From Octopus sinensis (taxonomy: Eukaryota): a stretch of DNA of 64,000 nucleotides. The translations under genes and the position numbers were made by a program. The stretch lies in the NCBI RefSeq assembly GCF_006345805.1, contig NW_021835468.1:1-64000 (forward strand), given 5' to 3'. Every line of letters starts with the position of its first letter. The first letter of the stretch is position 1. Shown here piece by piece: positions 1 through 11,314 of the stretch. The notes under the pieces are model-generated. The model was given only the letters and a program-made list of their open reading frames with translations. It was not told the origin of the DNA and did no database searches.

Positions 1-146
1 ACATATATATAATTATTTTCTATATATTTCCATTATATAATATATATAGATATATATATATTATATATATATCTATAATGTTAGGAGTGGATATTATATT
101 TCGATATAGCTTTTATATTAACTATTAATGCGTGATATGAGAAAGT

Positions 147-244
147 AACACACACACACACATCCTCTCTACTTTCTCTCTCAAACACACACACACACAC
201 ACATCCTTATCTCTCCTCTCACACACAACACACACCACACACAT

Positions 245-275
<31 letters not shown>

Positions 276-309
276 TCCTCTTTCTCTCTCACACACACAC
301 ACACACACA

Positions 310-395
<86 letters not shown>

Positions 396-408
396 ACACA
401 CACACACG
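147..408. repeat. Compound (CA)n/(CT)n microsatellite
   Basis: Repeated ACACACACACATCCTCTCTCT units. Confidence 0.95.
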
Positions 409-530
409 CATTTCGGAATTTATTCCAGTTTGGTGCAACTTTGTTAAAATTGATTTTATTTCTTAGTTTTGGTTTTTGAATCCAAATTCTTAGTCATTCT
501 TTTGAACTCAATCAAAGACTTGCACACAGT

Positions 531-780
531 CACACACACACACACCTGCAATATTATACAAACACATACATACATACATACACACATACATACATACATA
601 CACACATACATACATACACACACACATACATACATAGACATACATACAGACAGACATACACACACACATACAGACATACAGACAGTAAGAAACACACACA
701 CATACATATATACATCCATACATACACACACACACATACAAACAGACAGACAGACAGAGACAAACACGCACTTATACACA
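531..780. repeat. (CATA)n/(CA)n/(CAGA)n microsatellite
   Basis: Low-complexity tract; source of the VC/YM-rich ORFs. Confidence 0.9.
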
Positions 781-979
781 TATAGACGTATATATGTATA
801 TTATTGCATGTGTGTGTGTATGCGAGGGTAAGTGTGTACATATATTGCATAAATCGGTTCGTGTCGATTCGGTAAATTGCCGGGAGGATAAAAAAGGGGG
901 GGAAACAAAAAATATGGAGAGGAAGATAACTTGTGTAAAAAGCAGACGGTCTGAAAGGAAAAGAAGGTTGTGTGTGTGA

Positions 980-1560
980 GAGAGAGAGAGAGACAAAGAG
1001 AATAGGAGAAAGAGAGAGACATAGAGAATGTGCGCGCGTGTGTGAGAGAGAGGAGAGAAAGAAAGAAGGAGAAAGAGAAAGGCAGAGGAGAATAAGGAGA
1101 AAGAAGAGAGACATAGAGAATGGCGCGCGGATGTGTGTGAGAGAGAGAAAGAAAGAAGGAGAAAGAGAAGGCAAGGAGAGAATAGGAGAAAGAGAGAGAC
1201 ATAGAGAATGTGCGCGCGTGTGTGAGAGAGAGGAGAGAGAAAGAAGGAGAAAGAGAAAGGCAGAGAGAATAGGAGAAAGAGAGAGACATAGAGAATGTGC
1301 GCGCGTGTGTGAGAGAGAGGAGAGAAGGAAAGAAGGAGAAAGAGAAAGGCAGAGAGAATAGGAGAAAGAGAGAAACAAAGAGAATGTGTGAGAGAGAGAA
1401 AGGGAGAGAAGGAGAAAGAGAAAGAGAGATAGACAGAGAGAGAGAATGTCTGAGAGAAAGAGATACAGAGTGTGTGAAAGAGGAGAGAATGAGTACATGT
1501 TTTGCGGGAGGGAGAGAGAGAGAGAGAGAGAGAGAGAAAAACAAAGAGCAAGAGGGAGAG
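980..1560. repeat. GA-rich minisatellite, ~87-90 bp unit, 4-5 copies
   Basis: GAGAATAGGAGAAAGAGAGAGACATAGAGAATG(T/G)GCGCG recurs near 998, 1088, 1178 and 1265, with a degenerate fifth copy near 1354. Confidence 0.9.
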
Positions 1561-1812
1561 AGTGTTTGTGCGAGAGAGCATAAGTAAGAGTGTGTGTATG
1601 TGTGTGTGTGGTGTTGATCCATGTATTAATTCTATAACCTTCAGATAACAGATCATCTCTCCTCCCCTACTCTCTCTCTCTCTTTCTTTCTTTCTTTCTC
1701 CTCGTGTATTCCTTATCATTTACTCATAATCAGGAATTTTATACATACACAATTATGTCAGTGCGGGGGTGTATGAGTGTATATATATACTCTTTACTCT
1801 TTTTTTTTTTTA

Positions 1813-2212
1813 ACTCTTTTACTTGTTTCAGTCATTTGACTGCGGCCATGCTGGAGCACCGCCTTTAGTCGAGCAAATCGACCCCGGGACTTATTCTTTT
1901 GTAAGCCCAGTACTTATTCTATCGGTCTCTTTTGCCGAACCGCTAAGTGACGGGGACACAAACACACCAGCAACGTTTGTCAAGCAATGCTAGGGGGGAC
2001 AAACACAGACACACAAACACACACACATACATATATATATATATATGTACATATATACGATGGGCTTCTTTCAGTTTCCGCCTACCAAATCCACTCACAA
2101 GGCTTTGGTCGGCCGGGGCCTATAGAAGACACTTGCCAAGATGCCACGCAGTGGGACTGAACCCGGAACCATGTGGTTGGTTAGCAAGCTACTTACCACA
2201 CAGCCACTCCTA
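1813..2212 (-). mobile_element. SINE family A (tRNA-derived, ~400 bp), full length
   Basis: Minus strand starts GGAGTGGCTGTGTGGTAAGTAGC...GGTTCAGTCCC (A/B-box-like), has an internal (TA)/(TG) tract and ends GAAACAAGTAAAAGAGT; about 20 related copies in the window. Confidence 0.92.
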
Positions 2213-3698
2213 TATATATATATATAAATATATATATATCAACAATTGAGGGTAAAATTAATTAATTAATCAATTTCACCAAATGTTCAATATGTAAAAG
2301 GACCATTTAAGGCGAATTCAAAATATTACATTATATAATTCAAAATATTACAAAGTGATTTAGTTTACTAAGCCCTAATTATATAATGTAATATTTTAAA
2401 TATATATATATATACGACTAAACGCACGCACCCTATTAAGTAAGATTGTTATGTTTATCAAGTTAGCCTTGATATTAACTCTCACGCGACTCTGCATCTT
2501 TCTTTCTTTCTCTCCCATTCCCTTTTTCGTCTTTTTTTCCTCACTTAACTTGTCTCTTCCTCTCTCTCTCATTCTTCATTCTATCTCTCCTTTCACCATT
2601 CTTCATGGTCTCCTCGCACCATTCCCCTTCTCTCTCTCTTCCTCCTCCTCCCCCATTCCCGTCGTCCATCTGCGACGATACTTCCGTCGTAACTGCTATC
2701 CTGTCTTTTCTCGCCCGCCTTGTAAGGCTACTGGTCGACACATTTTCTCTCTCTCGTCGTCCACGATATCCAGCGTTTGCAATACTTTTTTCGTCTGGCG
2801 TTAACAGCCCTTCTTATCTTGTTCTCCTTGTCCTGTCTCTCACTGTTATATATTTATTTTTCCACTGTTTATATATATATTTTTTACTGTTTATATGTAT
2901 GTACTGTCGTTACCGTCTTGCTTTTTTTTACCCCTCTGCGAAAAGATCTCAGAATTTTAATTGATTTGCTTTTCGCGGGAAGGAAGTTTTCTTCGAAGTA
3001 TACGTCTCGCTTTTATCCTTCGAAACGTTTAGTAGATGAAACCTTAGCGACTGAAGAAGGGGATTTTCGTTGTGCTTATTGTCCTGTATCTCTCCTTTTT
3101 TGCTTGTCTTGTTCTTGGTTTGTGTCTGTGTTTCGTCTCTCTATGTGTTCGACGTCTTTTGGTGTCCTGTACACATATGCGTGGATATGTACATGTAGAG
3201 GTAGGTACATACATATATGTTTATATATATGCATATGTTCTATTTTATTAACATATATATATATATATATATATCGGCTGATTAACTTCAAAAGAATAGT
3301 GACTAACGCTTCAAATTAACATTGATGAATGGAGCAGCAGTAGCAGCAGTCAGGACCCCTTTCATGCAGGAAACACGAGCTATGATAAAAAAAAAAAGGG
3401 TTCGCAGGAAGCGTTGGTGTACACATAGATACAGAAAAGCAAATGGCAGAACGAGGATCTTACGCAACACACACACACACACACGCATTAAAATTTGATA
3501 CATTTCCTGAATGGATAAATTTAGGTAATCTTTCGGTATCAGTAGATGATGTCATTCACCCTCACGACTTTTAGGCAAAGGCTGGTTAGGCAAAGAAAAG
3601 CCACGGTGAATGATGTTGTCCTCTCACGAGCGACCCTCCGGGGACCAAATTTAACTATAATTTTCTTTTTCATTGTAGCTATGTGGTAAGAAGTGTAG

Positions 3699-3706
3699 TG
3701 ACGTCA
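3699..3706. promoter_or_regulatory. CRE palindrome TGACGTCA
   Basis: Exact CREB/ATF consensus. Confidence 0.5.
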
Positions 3707-3731
3707 TTCTTCAGTGTGCGTGTGCGGGGCT

Positions 3732-3746
3732 GGAACCTTCTGGAAA
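3732..3746. promoter_or_regulatory. Heat-shock element, three pentamers
   Basis: gGAAccTTCtgGAAa = nGAAnnTTCnnGAAn. Confidence 0.5.
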
Positions 3747-3753
3747 GGCCTAA

Positions 3754-3763
3754 GGAAATTCCC
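3754..3763 (-). promoter_or_regulatory. NF-kappaB/Rel site GGGAATTTCC
   Basis: Plus strand GGAAATTCCC; exact fit to GGGRNWYYCC. Confidence 0.5.
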
Positions 3764-3832
3764 TCGCGCCCATGCGCTAAAAAAAGGGGAAAAAAATTCT
3801 ATCGCGTTCCTTGTTAGCGTCGGCGACTTGAG

Positions 3833-4220
3833 TGGTGGAAGCACTCCGTCGGTTACGACGATGAGGGTTCCGGTTGATCCGATCAACAGAACAGCCTGCT
3901 CGTGAAATTAACGTGTAAGTGGCTGAGCACTCCACAGACACGTGTACCCTTAACGTAGTTCTCGGGGATATTCAGCATGACACAGAGAGTGACAAGGCCG
4001 GCCCTTTTGAAATACAGGTACAACAGAAACAGGAAGTAAGAGTGAGAGAAAGTTGTGGTGAAAGAGTACAGCAGGGATCACCACCATCCCCTGCCGGAGC
4101 CTCGTGGAGCTTTAGGTGTTTTCGCTCAATAAACACTCACAACGCCCGGTCTGGGAATCGAAACCGCGATCCTACAACCGCGAGTCCGCTGCCCTAACCA
4201 CTGGGCCATTGCGCCTCCAC
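3833..4220 (-). mobile_element. SINE family D (tRNA-derived, ~385 bp), full length, 13-bp TSD
   Basis: Head GGAGGCGCAATGGCCCAGTGGTTAGGGCAGCGGAC...GGTTTCGATTCC; TSD TC(G/A)GCGACTTGAG at 3820-3832 and 4221-4233. Confidence 0.93.
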
Positions 4221-4439
4221 TCAGCGACTTGAGACAGGGCTATTGAAGAGAGAAGACGTGTTTAACGTGTTATCAGCCTATGCTCCTGTCCCAGACGCTT
4301 GGGATTTGACCGGCTCTGTTGCTGCTGGAGTTTTTGAGAGGTTTTATCTTTACAAATGTTTGACTTCAGTCTTGCTGTACCTACACCGAGTGTTTACCAA
4401 TTTACCAACGTGCCTTCTTTATGTAAAGAACGATAGATA

Positions 4440-4838
4440 GGCGCAGGAGTGGCTGTGGTAAGTAGCTTGCTTGCCAACCACATGGTTCCAGGTTCAGTCC
4501 CACTGCATGGCACCTTGGGAAAGTGTCTTCTACTATAGCCTCGGGCCAACCAAAGCCTTGTGAGTGGATTTGGTAGATGGAAACTGAAAGAAGCCCGTCG
4601 TATATATGTATATATATATATGTGTGCGTGTATGTTTGTGTGTCTGTGTTTGTCCCCCTAGCATTGCTTGACAACCGATGCTGTTGTGTTTATGTCCCTG
4701 TCACTTAGCGGTTCGGCAAAATAGACTGATAGAATAAGTACTGGGCTTACAAAGAACAAGTCTCGGGGTCGAGTTGCTCGATTAAAGGCGGTGCTCCAGC
4801 ATGGCCGCAGTCAAATGACTGAAACAAGTAAAAGAGTA
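4440..4838 (+). mobile_element. SINE family A, full length
   Basis: Collinear with the 1813-2212 copy; followed by (GATA)n. Confidence 0.92.
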
Positions 4839-5003
4839 AGAGATAGATAGATAGATAGATAGATAGATAACCAGTCATTATTTTCTAAGGTTGCTTTCTT
4901 GTTCCTGACACCGGTAGTTTTTGGAAACAAAGAAGGAAATTGTGTTGCACCCAAACAGTGCAAAAGACACAACCTGTTCCAGACAGTACCTTTACAGAAG
5001 TTT

Positions 5004-5335
5004 GCTTCCCAATCACTTGGTCCCAGGTTCAGTCCTACTGCGTGGCACCTTGGGCAAGTGTCTTCTACTACAGCCTCAAGCTGACCAAACACTTGCAAGT
5101 GGATTTGGTAAACAGAAACTGAAAGAAGCTCATCATGTATGTTTGTGTTTGTTGCCCACCACCGCTTGATAACCAGTGTTGGTGTGTTTATGTCCCCGCA
5201 ATCTAGCAATTTAACAAAGGACACTGATAGAATAAATACTAGATCTGATTCATTCAACTAAAAAATTCTTCAAGGCGGTGGTGCCCCAGCATGGCCTGCA
5301 GTCCAACGACAGAAACAAAAGCAGAAGATGAAAGC
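5004..5335 (+). mobile_element. SINE family A, diverged and 5'-truncated
   Basis: GGTTCAGTCC...CCTTGGGCAAGTGTCTTC...CCAGCATGGCC. Confidence 0.8.
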
Positions 5336-5642
5336 TAAACGATGAAAGATGCCATATATATCGTTAATAACTGGCTGCGTTATTTGAGACTCTTGGAGAA
5401 AACTTTAAAGAGATTTACCAAAATGATTACAAAGAATTCAAACAGAGAATTCGCTTTGTACTGTTCAGAGACAGCTTTGTGCCTGTTTATGGCTAACACG
5501 CTCTTTCACGGCTACCAGCTAACTCTTTTGTCACCTGCGGATCCTCCTATCCCCACCACGTGAAACCACGAGAGACTTGTCTAAGAGTTTGATGTTTTTA
5601 TCTTTTATCTTTAATCTTTAATTATTCTTTTTCTTTTTATTC

Positions 5643-5840
5643 TTTTACTTGTTTCAGTCATTTGACTGCGTCCATGCTGGAGCACCGCCTTTAGTCGAGC
5701 AAATCGACCCCGGGACTTATTCTTTGTAAGCCCAATACTTATTCTATCGGTCTCTTTTGCCGAACCGCTAAGTGACGGGGACGTAAACACACCAGCATCG
5801 GTTGTCAAGCAATGCTAGGGGGTCAAACACAGACACACAA

Positions 5841-5873
<33 letters not shown>

Positions 5874-6045
5874 CATATATACGACAGGCTTCTTTCAGTT
5901 TCCGTCTACCAAATCCACTCACAAGGCATTGGTCGGCCCGGGGCTATAGCAGAAGACACTTGCCCAAGGTGCCACGCAGTGGGACTGAACCCGGAACCAT
6001 GTGGTTGGTTAGCAAGCTACTTACCACACAGCCACTCCTGCGCCT
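5643..6045 (-). mobile_element. SINE family A, full length
   Basis: Near-identical to the 1813-2212 copy. Confidence 0.92.
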
Positions 6046-6074
6046 ATTGTTTATCTTTTTATTTGTTTCTCTTT

Positions 6075-6452
6075 TTGGACTGTGGCCATGCTGGGGCACT
6101 GCCTTTAAAAAATGTTTAGTCAAATAAATTAATCCCTGGTATTCTTTAATTCTTAAAACCTGCTACTTATTCTATCGATATCATTTTGCTCAACTGCTAA
6201 GTTACAGGGATGTAAACATACCAGCACCAGTTGTGAAGCAATGGTGGGGGACAGACATAAACATGCAGAAAGACAGACACATACATATATACAACAGGCT
6301 TTTTCAGTTTCCGTCTACCAAATCCACTCATGAGTCTTTGGTTGGCCTGAGGCTATGATAGAAGACACTTACCCAAGGTGCCATGCGGTGGGACTGAACC
6401 CGGAACCATGTGGTTGGTAAGCAAGCTTCATACCTCACAGCCATGCTGGCAC
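6075..6452 (-). mobile_element. SINE family A, older copy
   Basis: Same blocks with many CpG-decay changes. Confidence 0.8.
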
Positions 6453-6469
6453 CTGTGTTTATATATTCA

Positions 6470-6853
6470 GGAGGCGCAATGGCCTAGTGGTTAGGGCAGC
6501 GGACTCGCGGTCGTAGGATCACGGTTTCGATTCCCAGACCGGGCGTTGTGAGTGTTTATTGAGCGAAAACACCTAAAAGCTCCACGAGGCTCCGGTAGGG
6601 GATGGTGGTGATCCCTGCTGTACTTTTTCACCACAACTTTCTCTCACTCTTACTTCCTGTTTCTGTTGTACCTGTATTTCAAAGGGCCGGGCCTTGTCAC
6701 TCTCTGTGTCACGCTGAATATCCCCGAGAACTACGTTAAGGGTACACGTGTCTGTGGAGTGCTCAGCCACTTACACGTTAATTTCACGAGCAGGCTGTTC
6801 CGTTGATTCGGATCAACCGGAACCCTCATCGTCGTAACCGACAGAGTGCTCCC
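6470..6853 (+). mobile_element. SINE family D, full length, 11-bp TSD
   Basis: TSD TTATATATTCA at 6459-6469 and 6857-6867. Confidence 0.93.
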
Positions 6854-7148
6854 ATATTATATATTCAATTTTCAGATTGACAGAATCGGTCGAGCAGTGC
6901 ACAAAACGCTCTTCAGAATTTGTTCCATTTCTTTGAATTTGTTAAGGCCACAAACTCACTGCCTTAACTCAGAACATTGGATAGCATACCTGGTGGTATT
7001 GATTCTGGCATTCTGCTCTCTGAGTTCAAATCTCAACAGAGTCAGCTTGCATTTTGGGATTAATAAAAAGCAAAAAGGGTACTGATCCAGATTGGCAAAA
7101 CAGTGAGAGGGTTGGGTGAGATACCTTGTGGTATTTGCTACAGTTATA

Positions 7149-7385
7149 AGGCGGCAAGCTGGCAGTAACGTTAGCACGCCGGGCGAAATGCTTAGCGGTA
7201 TTTCGTCTGCGTTACGTTGTGAGTTCAAATTCCGCCGAGGTCGACTTTGCCTTTCATCCTTTCGGGGTCGATAAATTAAGTACCAGTTACGCACTGGGGT
7301 CGATATAATCGACTTAATACCTATGTCTGTCCTTGTTTGTCCCCTCTGAGTTTGGCCCCTTGTGGGTAATAAAGAAATAGGTATT
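7149..7385 (+). mobile_element. SINE family B (Meta-domain-like)
   Basis: GAGTTCAAATTCC B-box followed by GCCTTTCATCCTTTCGGGGTCGATAAATTAAGTACCAG, resembling the MetaSINE/Sauria central domain (recalled similarity). Confidence 0.85.
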
Positions 7386-7553
7386 TGCTACAGTTCAAAA
7401 GCCTACCAAGGTCAGTTTGGCCTTTCATCTTTTCAGAGGGTCAATAAAAAAAAAGGACCAGTTACACACTGGGATCAATATAATTGACTAATCCCCTCCC
7501 CACAAATTTTAACCCTTGTGCCTTTAGTAGAAAGGATTATTATTATTATTATT

Positions 7554-8668
7554 ACTAGTTGATGTACCCGGTAATTCCTGGGAAAGCAGGGCTTATCCCT
7601 TGGTTCCGTTCTCATAATTGTTTCCCTAATCCAATAACAACAATACAAAGCATGTAGCCCTTAAAATGGTTTTTGTGCACTTATTGAAAATACTGAACAG
7701 TCTAACACAGGATCTTATTTTCAGGAATTCCCAATAAGTTATGAATACCCAAATTGTGAAGTCGTTTATGTAATAACATGAAATTAGTTACCTGATAGTA
7801 AGAATTCAAATAAAGTAGCCCCGAAAAGGGCCTTAATACATTCCCAGAGTATATAGAACTTAGGAGGAAATACTAATAAGGTATGTATACTAAAATTGTG
7901 AAGCAATCATCATCATCATTGTTCGACCGTGGTCGAGACTTTCATAGTCTTTTCAAATGCCTAATAATGTGTGCGCGCGCCACTACTACACACATTGGAA
8001 AGCATTGTACAACCAAGCACTAAAGAAGATCTTTCCTCCTCCATGAAACAAAGCTGTTCCCGCTGGACGTCAACCCAGTATTTCTAAGCTACGAACCCAG
8101 TGATTTATTGTAAGGTTATCTCCCTAGATAGATTGCCTTCACTACGGCTAAGGAGCCCTTTCTACCCCATAAACAATAACAGGCTAACCAGGTATAAGAA
8201 AATAACAATTCAAAGTAAATAACTCTGAAAAGGGCTTTCGTGCATTCCCAGATAATATTACCTTCAGCGGTGCTAGTGTTGGTATATTCGTGAATAAGTC
8301 ACTAGCCGAAATAAGTGGATCTATTGTTTAGGAGAATACTATTTACTTGTTTAAGGGATATACTGGATAAATTGCAAAAATAACTCTAACTGTTCAAATA
8401 CCAAGAAATAAGCATACTCACTTTGATTTATACCAAATGATTTTGGAAAATAAATGGGTTATTTCCCTTGGTTGTTAAAATGAAATATATTAGATATATA
8501 TAAGGATCCCTTCCATTGTCGATTTTTCAACAATCTGAGTATGCCACGAGGTTTCCAGACATGAGTTCTACTCACATGTGAAGTTTCATTAAAGTTGATA
8601 AAACAATGTAGGAGGAGTTAGATAACAACTCCACAAACACACCCACAGACAGACTTTCCCACGTATGT
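7554..8668 (+). mobile_element. Helitron/DINE-1/Lep1-like non-autonomous element, interrupted
   Basis: Starts ACTAG...CCCGG like 26515 and 59783; ends AAGTTTCAT...CAAACAC...CAGACAGACTTT like Lep1-type 3' ends. Confidence 0.5.
7905..8205 (-). mobile_element. Unclassified retroposon with (TGA)n tail nested in the Helitron-like element
   Basis: Minus strand ends CCACGGTCGAACAA(TGA)n; GGCAATCTATCTAGGGAGA resembles RTE-related 5' segments. Confidence 0.4.
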
Positions 8669-8676
8669 AGCAGATG

Positions 8677-8918
8677 AAGGCAACGAGCTGGCAGAATCGT
8701 GAGCATGCCTGGCAAAATGCTTAGTGGTATTTCATTTGTCTTCACATTTCTGAGTTCAAATTCTGCTGAGGTCAACTTTGCTTTTCATTCTTTTGAGGTA
8801 TATAAATTAAATACCAGTGAAATTCTGGAGTCAATGTAATCGACTACCCCACTGCTCTCCCTGCAAAATTTCAGGCTTTGTGCCTACAGCAGAAAGGATT
8901 ATTATTGTTATTTTATTA
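8677..8918 (+). mobile_element. SINE family B, older variant with AGAAAGG(ATT)n tail
   Basis: GAGCTGGCAGAATCG...GAGTTCAAATT...AGAAAGGATTATT. Confidence 0.8.
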
Positions 8919-8920
8919 TC

Positions 8921-9385
8921 TTTGCACAGCTTCTAACGCTGGAGATGTACTACGGTGTCAGCTGTTCACTACCAGTGAACTAAGGTAACACCCTTTATTT
9001 TTCGAGCACCTTCTGGAGTATTCGAGTGGTTCCAAACAGGACTGTTTTCTGCAAGTGCTCCACCCTTATTTGTTTCATGTACTTTTTATTCACTGTTCCC
9101 AAGGGCTCCGACAATTATTGGTACTACTACCACTTTTTTCATTGAGCACAACTGCTTTACCTCCCAAGCTAACCTGTCATATCTATCGACTTTCTTTCTT
9201 CCTTACCGCATACCTTGTTGTCAGCTGGGCATTCTATATCAGTGATCCAGCATCATTTGCTTTCTTTCTCAATTAACACTACGTCTGGTTTCCTATTCTC
9301 TATTTCATGGTCACACTGAATCATGAAATCCCATAGGATCTTTGCATTATCATTTTCAATGATGCTTTCGGGTTTCTTCTTCTTC
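8921..9385 (-). mobile_element. R4/Dong-like LINE 3' fragment (restriction-like endonuclease domain), decayed
   Basis: Translates ILWDFMIQCDHEIENRKPDVVLIEKESK*CWITDIECP...PIIVGALG...LQKTVLFGTTRILQKVLEK*, an RLE-type C-terminus. Confidence 0.85.
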
Positions 9386-9404
9386 TTCTTATTATTATTA
9401 TTCA

Positions 9405-10160
9405 GGTGGTAAGCTGGCAGAAGTGTTAGTAGAATGGGTAAAGTGGCATTTTGTCTATCTTTACGTTCTGAGTTCAAATTCTGTTGAGGTTGACTTTCAT
9501 CCTTTCGGAGTTGATAAATCAAGTCAAGTACTTCGGTTGATGTGATTGGCCCTCTCCCCTTAAATTCCAGGCCATTAGCAGAAAGGATTATTATTGTTAT
9601 TATTAAGGTGGTGAGCTTGTAGAATCGTTAGCAGGCAATATGATAATTGAAGTTAGTGGGTCTGAGACAACTAATTACGAAATAATTAGTGGTATTTCAC
9701 CTATCGCTACGTTCTGAGTTCAAATTCCGCTGAAGTCAACATTGTTTTTCTTCCTTTTGGGGGGCGATAAATTAAGTACCAGTTGAGTACAGGGGTCGAT
9801 GTAATCAACTACCTCCACCCCCGAAATTTCAGACTTTGTGCCTTTAGTAGAAAGGATTATTATCATTATTAGAAAGGTGGTGAGCTGGTGGAATCATTAG
9901 CATACTGGGCAGAATGCTGAGCAGCTTTTCGGCCATCTTTATGTTCTGAGTTCAAATTCTGCTGAGGTCGACTTTGCCTTTCATCCTTTGGGGGTCGATA
10001 AATTAAGTACAAGTGAAACACTGGGGTAGATGTAATCGACTAGTCCCCTCCCCCCAAATTTGAAGCCTTGTGCTTCCAGTAGAAAGAAGGATTATAATTA
10101 TTTTCAGGGTCGATAAATTAAGTACCAGTTGTGCACTGGGGTCAATGTAAATGACTTACC
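9405..10160 (+). mobile_element. Head-to-tail array of about four older family B SINEs
   Basis: Heads near 9405, 9607 and 9875 plus a partial at 10105, each following the previous (ATT)n tail. Confidence 0.8.
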
Positions 10161-10379
10161 CCTATATTTAATCTTTCCCCATTTAACACAGTCTTGCACA
10201 TTCTTTGTGTTATCTATCAATTAATCTTCAGACACCAGAGGAATCCATAAATGGCCAAACCAACTTGTGACATAGAGTTTTGGACTGTTCCATTGTCCCA
10301 GAAAGGGGATTCCACCATTATGTCTCTCTGTTACATCGGTGTCTGTGATTGAACCAAATCCTGTACAGAGTTAGTTTAA

Positions 10380-10599
10380 CCCTTTAGTGTTCAGATTACT
10401 CTGTTAAATGTAATACTTTTTCACCCAAATTGTTTTTAATTAATCATGCATTATCTTATAGCTTTGAGGTTTCAATGATGTGATTGTTTATATTTAGAAT
10501 GACAATGTAGGTTAGGTGTGAGAGGCTGGATATCATCAGTTTGAATATAAAACATGTAGAATATCTGGGCCAGATATGGCCGGTTTAAACACTAAAGGG
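10380..10599. mobile_element. piggyBac-like MITE, 220 bp
   Basis: TTAA|CCCTTTAGTGTT...AACACTAAAGGG|TTAA: 12-bp TIRs and TTAA TSD. Confidence 0.85.
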
Positions 10600-10987
10600 T
10601 TAAATATTTCCATTCCTTCTGGTGTGAGCACAAAACCCTTTCACAAGTTTTCCAGCCAGTTCCATCTTCATGTCTGACCTCAGTGGAATATTTTCCATTC
10701 TTTCCATCCATAACTGTTTGTTGGAAACCTCTACAGGAATGGTAGATTTTATGAAATTCTCTCAGTTCCAATCATCTCCGTGTTTATCGATATTCATATC
10801 AGGAATGTCCTTCATTAAGCATCCGGCTTTGGTCTTCCGTCATTGTCAGCAGCGTTCTTCCACCAGACATCAGATAAACCAATTCCAGGCAATATGTTAT
10901 AAAGATTATTAAAGTTGGTGGGTCTGAGACGACCAATTATGAACCGGCACCGGAATTGAGATGAATGAAGGTAAAAATGATCAAGTA

Positions 10988-11265
10988 GGCACAGACGTGG
11001 CTGTGTCGGCCTTTTCCAACCTAATGATTCCAGGATCAGTCCCACTGCATGGCACCTTGGGGAAATGTCTTCTACTATAGCCTCAGGCTGACCAAAGCCA
11101 TGAGAGTAGATTTGGAAGACGGAAACAGAAAGAATGCATTTGTATATCTATCTATCTGTATGTCTATCTATCTATCTATCTCTCTGTCTTTCTATCTATC
11201 TGTCTGTCTGTCCATCTAGCTATCTGTCTGTCTGTCCATCAGTCTCTTTCTCTCTTTCTCTAATG

Positions 11266-11314
<49 letters not shown>

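Larger units (their letters stand above)
2660..3830. promoter_or_regulatory. CpG-enriched unique region, candidate promoter/5' region
   Basis: CG dinucleotides visibly retained in non-repeat sequence; carries the motif cluster at 3699-3763. Confidence 0.45.

Noticed and set aside
456-525. SLIEFKRMTKNL, superficially like an EF-hand exit helix
   Set aside because: No EF loop upstream and no credible splice acceptor
456-1719. ORFs of 100-315 aa on both strands
   Set aside because: Translations of CA/TA/GA micro- and minisatellites; no complex protein signal
4140-4220. tRNA-like sequences (also at 6470, 12545, 42821, 44343, 49195)
   Set aside because: SINE heads that continue into family bodies and lack a complete acceptor stem
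4243-4300. FNVLSAYAP, like an APE-endonuclease motif
   Set aside because: Nine residues only, with no other endonuclease motifs nearby
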